From a virus (lineage: Duplodnaviria; Caudoviricetes): a DNA stretch of 54,857 nt. The stretch is taken from IMG/VR virus record IMGVR_UViG_3300048686_000254, positions 1-54,857 of that record, one strand, 5' to 3'. Below, piece by piece: positions 36,464-45,600 of the stretch (its first letter is position 1; each line of letters starts with the position of its first letter). Position numbers and translations under genes: made by a program. The notes beneath the pieces were generated by a model. It had not been told where the DNA came from. It searched no databases and worked only from the letters and a program-made list of their open reading frames with translations.

Positions 36464-39400
36464 ATGGCTTATGGTCAAGATATTGTGATGGGCTTAATGC
36501 CTAGAAGCAATAATCGGTTCGGCAACCAATACGGCGGAATGATAGACTGGAACAGCATCATTCCAGGATACGAACAGTCTACAGAAGATATGGGGCAGTA
36601 CACAAATCAACCTGCCTCATACCAGTCGTTCGGGTCTATGCCTCCACCTCCTATCCCTGGTATGCCTCGTCAGCAGATGGCGTTCTCGCCACAGACAGCT
36701 ACGCCAGTGGTATCTCCTAAGACGGCACAGGCTCAACCTCAAACTCAAGAGGCTGCACCTGTCGAGCAAGAGGGTGAAGACATCGGCGACTGGAAGCCTG
36801 GCAGTCCATTCAACATACCAGATAAGAAGTGGCGTGTACTATCCTTCCAGCCTGGAGCTTCGGCAGTTGTCGAAAGGCCGGGATTAGGCCAAGTGACATA
36901 CACTCCAGGGCAGAATGCATACAACGCCGTTGAGCAGCGTTACTCGCAGCTCAGATCGCAATACGATTCCCAGATGCAGCAGCGTGCACAAGAAGGACAG
37001 GGGCAGCCAGCTATTCCGGAACAGTATACGATGGCGTTCAATACTCCTGCCAATGAGACAATGTTTGGTAGGTATGACCCTGAGCGCAAGGCTATGATGG
37101 TGCTTACCCCTGACGGCGATGAGGTACAGTACAATGGCTGGTCTGACATCCCAGAGGATAAGATCACGTTCAGGCAGGACCCTACTACGGGAATGCCTAT
37201 GCGCTCTCAGTATGACGAGCTTAAGCAGACTGTTGGCAATGTCATTGCAGAGCCAGTATCCAACCTTACGAATTACATGACGGGTGGATACAAGTCAGCT
37301 CCAACCAAGTCGGCGATGTATGATAACCTCAAGGTTCAAATCAGCGGCGGCGAAGGCAATAATGCTCCAGAGTTCAAGTTCTTCTGGGGTGGCGAAGGTC
37401 CAGCTCCAGCAGGACTGGTAGAGAACGCGCAAAAGAATCTCGATGAGATGATGGAGCAGGTTGACAGCTATGCTACTGAGTACGACAGAGTAGTAAACAG
37501 CAAGGCCCCAGGAATTATTGACCAAGCAGTAGCCGGATACGACTCTGAGATTGCAGATTTGAATGCTAAGGCAAGCGCCGCTAGGCAGAAGGTTGGCACT
37601 GCAACTGGAAAAGATAAAACGGCAGCACAGAAGGAACTCGACAAAGCGGAGAGACGTCTTAAGACAGTCAGCAACATACGCAACAATATCAAGAACAATC
37701 GTGTTCTTGGTGTCGAAGGTGGTGTTATTGTTGAAGGAACTCCTGATGCATACCTAAGCTCCGTCAATCCTAAGACGTGGCAGGGCAAGTTGGCTTTGGC
37801 TTCTGGACTCGGATACACGGTCCCGACTCAGGCAGGGGCGGAGCCACGCGGCGTTTTGAGTAGCCAGGACTTTGCAGAGATTGCCATGGCTCAGGCAGTA
37901 AATGACACAGAAGTTACCCCTATGGGTATAGACAAGGGTAGACTGACGTCTATACTTTCTCCTACGGTAGAACGCCTCAAAATGATTAATGATGCTGGCA
38001 AGGAGGAATATGGTTCCAACTGGAACAATATCGCATCTCAGCAGCCAGCTACGTTTACATACACCGACGTCTATGGAAACCAGCGTACGGTTCAGAAGCC
38101 TATTGGTACTGCTATAAACGACCTTAATGCAAGCATGAAAGACGTCTGGGATGCCGTAGCATCTGGAGACAGGGCTAAGTATGCAGAAGCTGCTGAACGT
38201 CTTCGTAGATCCGGTGAGCTATTCTCTGGATCAATCACGCCTCCTGGTGGACTAGAGACAATTCTGCCGACAAAGAAAGAAGTCGGCATGAATAACCTAG
38301 GCTCGGTCATCTCTAACGTAAGCGAATACAACGCACTTATTCCAGGTAGACTACAATTCGGATCTATTGCAAGGACGGATCAGCCACCTCGCTGGATCTA
38401 TCAGCCTGACCCAGCCGTCCGTGGTAGAGGTAGTGATAAGGAAAAGCGCAGTACTTCCGCCCTACCGTGGATTAACTTCGGAGCAAAGGGAGGCGTTCAC
38501 CAGACGCAGCCTTTGATGTCATTGCTTGGAACTCCTGATTATTATCCGCAGACTGCTGCCAAGTATTCACCGGGAACGGCTCTTAACTCATCTAAAGAAA
38601 CTATTGGCTCAACACTCTTGATGGCTTCTGGAGATGTAGGAAGTCCAGAGAATGTAGAGGCTTTGTCTGGAATCATCAATGATGTAAATACTGAGTTCAC
38701 AAAACCAGAGGCGGGCGACCTGCGTAAGGGCATGGCTAGGACAGTCCAGAAAGAGTTTGCAGACCTTGGATTTAGATTCACTTCACCAGATGAATTTTCA
38801 AACGACCTAGAGAACGTATACAAAACTGGCGACGCCAATAGCTTTATTAGAAAGTACTGGGGTGACAAGGCCGTAGGTGGAAACCCTACATCGACAATCG
38901 GTAAAGCAGCAGTACAAAACCATAACGCAACAGGACTAGGTGTAGCGCTTAGAGGAAGACCGGATGAGACAGGACTAAAAGTTACACAAGATGCTAAATT
39001 CAAATCAAGTCAAGCAAACAGTGCGCTGATAGAAGCGGCAGGTAACAAGCTGCAGGATATAGCATACTTGTATGCGAACCTAGGCGGAAGGGGCGGAGCT
39101 GGTGAAAGATGGTCAGGCCACACAGTTCAGGATAATGCCGGAGGACGTCCACGCGCTACGATTGTGCCGTTTGTAAATCCTTGGGCTAGTGATGCAGGCC
39201 AGCAGATGAGCCCACTGACTGCAATGTCTGCGACCAACATGACGGAAGCCGCACCACTAACCACTAGCAACGACCAAATCCAAGCTCTTCTCAAGGGAGA
39301 CACGGCTAATGTAGGCACTGACTACGATCCTGCGGGATCGCTTGCAATGTTTAACATTGGTGGATACAATGCTGACTGGGTGTACAAGTATCTTTCATCA

Positions 39401-39634
39401 AGCCCGACAGGAAGAAGAATTATCGACCGGATGACTCAACTTGCTAGAACGTCACATGCGTCTGTTAATGGTGATCTACGTAGCAAGGTTCCATCTAGAC
39501 CGCAAGATGATGAGAGGACAAGCTTTGACAGCACAACACTACAAAGCATTCAGTCTGGATTCTTCGATGCTCTGACGCTAGGAAGCGTCTTCCCGCAACT
39601 TCGTGTATTTGCTAGACCATATAACAAAAGGTAA
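36464..39634 (+). CDS. Large internal virion (ejection) protein
   Basis: Pro/Gln-rich N-terminus, coiled coils; GGAG RBS before ATG 36464 and TATTTTGC promoter-like box at 36433; position after the nozzle gene. Confidence 0.6.
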   Translation: MAYGQDIVMGLMPRSNNRFGNQYGGMIDWNSIIPGYEQSTEDMGQYTNQPASYQSFGSMPPPPIPGMPRQQMAFSPQTATPVVSPKTAQAQPQTQEAAPVEQEGEDIGDWKPGSPFNIPDKKWRVLSFQPGASAVVERPGLGQVTYTPGQNAYNAVEQRYSQLRSQYDSQMQQRAQEGQGQPAIPEQYTMAFNTPANETMFGRYDPERKAMMVLTPDGDEVQYNGWSDIPEDKITFRQDPTTGMPMRSQYDELKQTVGNVIAEPVSNLTNYMTGGYKSAPTKSAMYDNLKVQISGGEGNNAPEFKFFWGGEGPAPAGLVENAQKNLDEMMEQVDSYATEYDRVVNSKAPGIIDQAVAGYDSEIADLNAKASAARQKVGTATGKDKTAAQKELDKAERRLKTVSNIRNNIKNNRVLGVEGGVIVEGTPDAYLSSVNPKTWQGKLALASGLGYTVPTQAGAEPRGVLSSQDFAEIAMAQAVNDTEVTPMGIDKGRLTSILSPTVERLKMINDAGKEEYGSNWNNIASQQPATFTYTDVYGNQRTVQKPIGTAINDLNASMKDVWDAVASGDRAKYAEAAERLRRSGELFSGSITPPGGLETILPTKKEVGMNNLGSVISNVSEYNALIPGRLQFGSIARTDQPPRWIYQPDPAVRGRGSDKEKRSTSALPWINFGAKGGVHQTQPLMSLLGTPDYYPQTAAKYSPGTALNSSKETIGSTLLMASGDVGSPENVEALSGIINDVNTEFTKPEAGDLRKGMARTVQKEFADLGFRFTSPDEFSNDLENVYKTGDANSFIRKYWGDKAVGGNPTSTIGKAAVQNHNATGLGVALRGRPDETGLKVTQDAKFKSSQANSALIEAAGNKLQDIAYLYANLGGRGGAGERWSGHTVQDNAGGRPRATIVPFVNPWASDAGQQMSPLTAMSATNMTEAAPLTTSNDQIQALLKGDTANVGTDYDPAGSLAMFNIGGYNADWVYKYLSSSPTGRRIIDRMTQLARTSHASVNGDLRSKVPSRPQDDERTSFDSTTLQSIQSGFFDALTLGSVFPQLRVFARPYNKR

Positions 39635-39638
39635 TTAA

Positions 39639-42600
39639 ATGGCTGCGGACAACAACAGCATTTTTAATCAGCCATTGGCCATGCCTATGTTTGGTCAATC
39701 CGATGCAAATCGAATACCAGCTGATAGTGACTTCTGGTATCTATGGGCGGGGCAGGATCAAGCACGAGCTAAATATCTTAAGCTCAAGCAAATGCCTACA
39801 ATGATTACTCCCGAAGAGTACGATAAGATTGTAGGTCCGCAGCAACCTGTGACTACTGTTGAAGATCAGCTGAACGCTATTCCTCAGCAGCGCAGTTCAG
39901 ATGAAACACTTGGCGAAAGATTTGCAGGAGGTGTCAGTGGTTTGTTTGACACGTTCGAGCGTTCTGCTGCTGCCTTCGCTGCCAATCCACAGGGCAATGC
40001 ACTCTCTCCATTCTTTGAATCTCCGGAGCAACAGCAGCGTAAGCGTGCGGATGCACAGCGAATACTAGAGCAGATGCGAGCACCTGCTTCGCAGAGGACT
40101 GGAACTCCTTCATGGATACAGACTGCTGAAGATTTTGGTAGGGGACTTGTAACAAGCGTTCCACAAACTGTAGCAAGCCTGGGTGGAGCTGGACTAGATT
40201 TAGTTACTGGCAACCTTGGTGAGAACCAAGATTACACTATCCGTGCAAACCAAGCACAACAATACTATACTCCAGATGGCGCAGCTAAGACAGTAGGATC
40301 GCTCGTTCCAGATATAGGCGCAGCACTCCTGTCGTTTGGTGGAACCACAGCTCTATCCGCAGCAGCGGCAGCAAGCAAAGCCCCAGTAATCGGTACTATT
40401 GGAAAATTGCTTGTAGGAACTGGAGAATCAGTAGCACCTAAGATACTAGGAAAGACACTATCATTCCTGCCATCAGCAACCCGTGCTCAGCGCGTAGGAG
40501 CTGCAGCAGGATCACTGTTAGTGCAGAACAAGTACGATCTTCCTGAGCTTGTATCAGGCCGTATGAATGTAGGTGAGTATGCCCTTCGTCAGGCAGCTGG
40601 TGCTGCTGGTGGAGCTCTCGCAGCAGGATCATACCAGAACAACTTCCTTAAGAATGTCTTTGCCGACGCAGCTGTTAATGCAGCTACAGGCGCTGTGGCT
40701 GAAGCCGCACCTCTTATCCCAGGCGGTGCTGAGTTTGACGCAAGCCAAGCATGGAAGTCACTGGTAGGCCAAGTGGTTATAGGCACAGGTATCGGAACTT
40801 ACGCAGCCTATGCCGACGCACGTCAAGCAGCGGCAGCCAGAACAGCGCAAGCAGACGTAGCGGCTCGCCAGCAGGCAGCTATTCAAGAGCAGGCTGCTCG
40901 TGCCGAAGGAGGATCAACAGCTAACGAACCATATACGGCAGCAACAACATACCGTCAGGCCGAGGAGATACTGTTCGGTCGCACGGCTATTGACCGTGAC
41001 GATGATGTAAACACGGCGTATGAAAAGTACGCAAGCGCGACTGACGAGGTAGACGTGAACCGTCTTCAATCTATCCGACGCACGCCAGATGGAACGGTAA
41101 TGTCTATCAATGACGCCTATACAGGCAACAACACCGACATGCTGCCGAAGGGATTCGGTCCTGCCGCACTAGCACAGGCAGCCGAGACCGAGCGTACTGC
41201 GTATGCTAAGGCATTGGTAGCGCAGTTCAAGGGTAACGAGCAGGAGCTCGCGCAGCTGCTAGACCTCGGACCTATAGATGATGTCACTCAACTTGAAAAC
41301 ACAATCGTCAACAAGTGGCTTGTTCAGGCTGCCAATGGACGAGGCATCAATGGAGTAGAACAGAAGCTCGCAGAAGCTGGACTTCCTTCTCCATTGATTG
41401 CTTCAGCTGGAGCGGAAGCACCTCAGACATTCATGCAGGGTGCTGACTTTGAGTCTGGACTCAGGCCAGAGCAGGCAGGAGACGTAGAGCAACCTGACTT
41501 ATCTTCTGTAATTCGTGGAGCTGAACGGCAATTTGGTTACCTAGGACGGCCTATACGCATTTCAGAAGAGGGACCTGTTCGTGTAGAAGGAGAAGATGAA
41601 GGACGCCCTCTTACAGAAAAACAGACTGACCGCGAGTATGGAAGATACAAGCGTGCAAAGTCGAGAGAGATGCTGGCAGCTGAACGGAAGTATGGAATTA
41701 CTCCAGAAGAGTTCAGCGATCCAGAAGTTAGGAAGGCTCTGGTTCAAATCGAAGAAGCCGAGGCTCTTGCTAATAGCTTGTACGGAATAGAGAATGGTCT
41801 AACTGTAAGCAGCATACTTCCTCCTAATTCAGTAGCGGCTAGGATATATCAGTCTGCCAATCCGCAGGCTCGACCTGAGTCAACACCAGGGCAACGTGCT
41901 ATACCTGTAGCAGAAACACCAACTGTACTTGAAGTTCCGACGGCAGCTCTCGAAGAAGGTCTAACTACCACGGCACAGCCGGAAGTATACCGACTTGAAG
42001 ATTACCAGAATGTAGTCCCGGCAGATCAAGCTATCGCCGGAGAGACGGCCCCGACTGTAGAGACTCCAGAAGCACCAAAGCAAGTGGAGTCGCTTAACGA
42101 GATAAACCAGATACAATCCGACGAACAGGCGCAAGCAGAGCAGCAGCAGGCAGCTATTGCAGACCGAGACATTCAGTCTGCCGACGAAGCAGAAGATCGA
42201 GTGCTGGCGGCATTAGAGACTCGCGGAATAAACACAGATAAGGTAATTACAGTAGTTCCTTCTGAGCCTGTGCTTGGTCCTATACTTAAGATTGGCTCTG
42301 GTGTAGCTAGGTCTCTAGACGACATGCGTTCTATTTCTGAGAAGGCAGGCGCTAAAGTTTCTACAGACAACAAGGTTCGACAGGCTAAAGAGAATGTGGT
42401 ACGACTAGCTAACCTTCTAGAAGGTAACATAGATCGTGGAGTAAAAGGTCAAGGAGTATTATTCCCTGATCCTAAAGCTGGCGGTCAGCGTGACTTCATG
42501 GTTAGGTTTATTGCTGACGTAGAAGATGCAAGCCAGTATGAAATCCTCAAGCGTGTTGAAGCTGGTGAGAGATCTTTTGGTAACGGCGCTATCAAGCTGT

Positions 42601-45600
42601 TCGGCGGAGAGTCTGGTGATAGAATGTTTACTATCAGATTCGACGTTAGCAGCGATAACATGGCGCACGTACGCGATGTCATGAATCGTGTGAGCCCTAG
42701 CGCTGTTGAGGTTAAGGTCAAGTCGGATGCGGCAGAGCTAATGAATAATGACCGTAGGGCTGACATACTCGATAAAGCATACGCTGACTTCGAGGAGGCT
42801 ATGGCTGCTTCATCAGAAGCTCCGAGAGTATATGGAGGCAGGCTCGTATATACTTCGACGCAAGCTAGGATGGAAGGCATTCCTGCCGAGCATCCATCAG
42901 AAGCATATAAGGCAGATAGCGCAACAGGTCAGCAAGCCATTAATGGATTCGGCGTCCAAGATCTTGTTGGGCGTGACGAATGGGGAAGATACTATCCTGA
43001 AAAACTAAACAAGGCTCAGGATACGATAGCAAAAGATTTGCAGAATGACTTAAAGAATAACCTTGTTTCAAAGAACCCACAGCTACTTGCGCAAATTCGG
43101 TATCAGGATATTCCCTGGCTACTGAATAAGTACTATGGTCCTGGATACTGGAAAGATTTCGCAGCTAACTACGTTAAGAACCAAGGTATAGCTAAAGAAG
43201 TAGATGATGCTTTTTTAGCTCACATTCACAGGAAGTACGGCCTTGGGTATGCTGGAGAAAAGTTTGATTTTAAAGGTAGGAAAATTCCATACAATCCAGT
43301 CAAAGATTTCGCAGATCATAACACCAACGTCCCTGACTACGTAACCGATTACGGATACAAGCAATACCTTCCGGTGTTTACGGAGACGCTTGATCTAGCA
43401 GGATTGATTGCGCGTAAGTCAGGCATCGACGCGGCTCAAAAGATTACGGCACTAGCTGAATGGGATGCAACTGGTTACGATAAGTTTGATGAGAAGACGG
43501 GCGCAGTCACTAAGACATCTAAGGAACGTCGCACAGAGCTACAGGAAAAGTGGAGACGTGCCGACCCAACCCTCGCAGGTATCACCGAGGCCGACATCGA
43601 GGCAACACGTAAGCAGCTACAGAAGGCACTCAAAAAGAATGCAGAAGTAAATGCCGCATATCAGAAGGTGCAAGAGTGGGCTAACAAGGAGCAGGGTGCT
43701 GAGGCATACCGGACTCTTATGCAGGCAGCAGTTATGGGTACGAGCAAGGACGTTAAGTTTAACTTGCGCGACTTCCCTATCACTCGCGTATTTGGAAGTG
43801 TCGGAGCTGCTATTCTGCTTGACCAAGGCGTAGATACAATCGAGGATGATGAAACATACTTCGGCATTCCTGGTAGTGTTATCAAAGAAATGTTCGGCGG
43901 CGGTAAGGCAGTCGGCTACGCGACATTGGCTGGATTCCATGTAACTTCAAAGGCAAATACGCCAGCAGGAACAAAGGCAGGTTTCCGCAGTCGTTCGCTT
44001 GATGCTATCCGCAAGTCTAAGCTTGGACGGGTTGTAAGTGAGAAGACTGGTGCTGACTACGTAGACTTTAGTAAGCTTACACCTGACCAGCAACTCAATC
44101 AGTTTGAGTCCTGGTTCTTTGATCCGGCTAGACCATTCAGCGCAGCAGAGCGTGGCTCAGCTGTATATGAAAAAGAGAAGACAGCATACTACCAGTTCCA
44201 CAAAGATGCTTCGGCAAGTGGTGTTAAGCTTGCCAACATTCTTGGCATTACCAAGCTTGTATCAGGTAAGGGATCTCAGGGTGTTGTTACGTATACCGAA
44301 GCTGGTATCAACGATACAAAGCTGATGTCTGCCAAGATACCGCTTGTTGATGACTTCATTCGCAAGCCAGACACAGAAGTGCAGCGTGCTACCCGTGAGC
44401 GCATCAATGAAGTTCAGGGTCCACTCGATGAGCTCTGGCCTCAGATACGTGAGCGCTACAAAAAAACAGCAATGTATCAATTCGTACATTCAGCTGTTGA
44501 ACTAGACAAGCGTATGTCGGACCTAAATCTTGTACGATCAAAGAAGAGCGAGGAAGTATATCTTGTAGAGCGTGAACAGATCATACAAAGTATTAAGGAT
44601 GAGTTCTTCAATCCACAGTCAGATAAGAACCTATCAGGTTTTGGCGATGAGCAGTGGAATGATTTCCTCGCATTCCAGCGTGCACTTGATCCTCTTCGTG
44701 GATTGCATTACGAAAGCATCGTAGCTCGTTCGATTGGTCAAGAGTTCTGGAAGATGAACGAATACTACACTGACCTGCTCAGCACAAGAGATCCAATTCT
44801 TAAGGGTCTCGGCGCAGCTGCTGCTAAAATGGATGACCTTGACTTCCAGATCAAAGCTCTCGATGATGCAAAGAATGCTGGAACTGACATGCCTAACTAT
44901 GTTGATAAGCGTAAGTCGCTGATAGATAGTAAGGCAGAGTTGCAGCAGTTTGTAGATATGCAGGCTAAGGAACTGGAGATGCTCAATAACAAGATCAAAG
45001 TTATTGAACAGCTTCCAGAGAATGTAGAGCGTTCACGTTCTAGCTTCTACCTTTTCCGCCACCGTGACCAGAACGCTCCGTTCGTATTGCGTCTACAGTT
45101 TGATGAGACGACGAAGCTTCCAGCTGGAACGCGCATGGAGTACAACACAGAAGCTGATGCACGAGAAGGAATGTTCAAGGAGCTACGTGAAAGAATACCG
45201 GAAGGTGCGTACGCTCGCCGCCAATACTTGAACGATGAAATAGAGAGACTCTCTACAAAAGAAAAGCTTACACAGCGTGAAGCTGCTACTCTTGAGAAGT
45301 TGGAGAAAGAAATAGAATACATTGATGGCGTTCAGGACCTATCGAATCTTTCCGACGCAGAGCTGATGCAGTTTATCAGCAACGTGAAGATTCTCAAGAG
45401 ACCTGGAGACAAGCGCATCTTGCGTTCTAACCGACTGGTTGCAACGCAGTCTACAACCAGGAAGGTTCTTGAGGCTGCTTTGTATGGAGCACATACAATC
45501 AAAGCGAACCTTGCATCTCGTGCTAATGCAGAAGGGGCTATGACTCCACGCTACATTGACGGCAAGGGTAACGCTACACTGCAACGAGACTTAAGTGGCA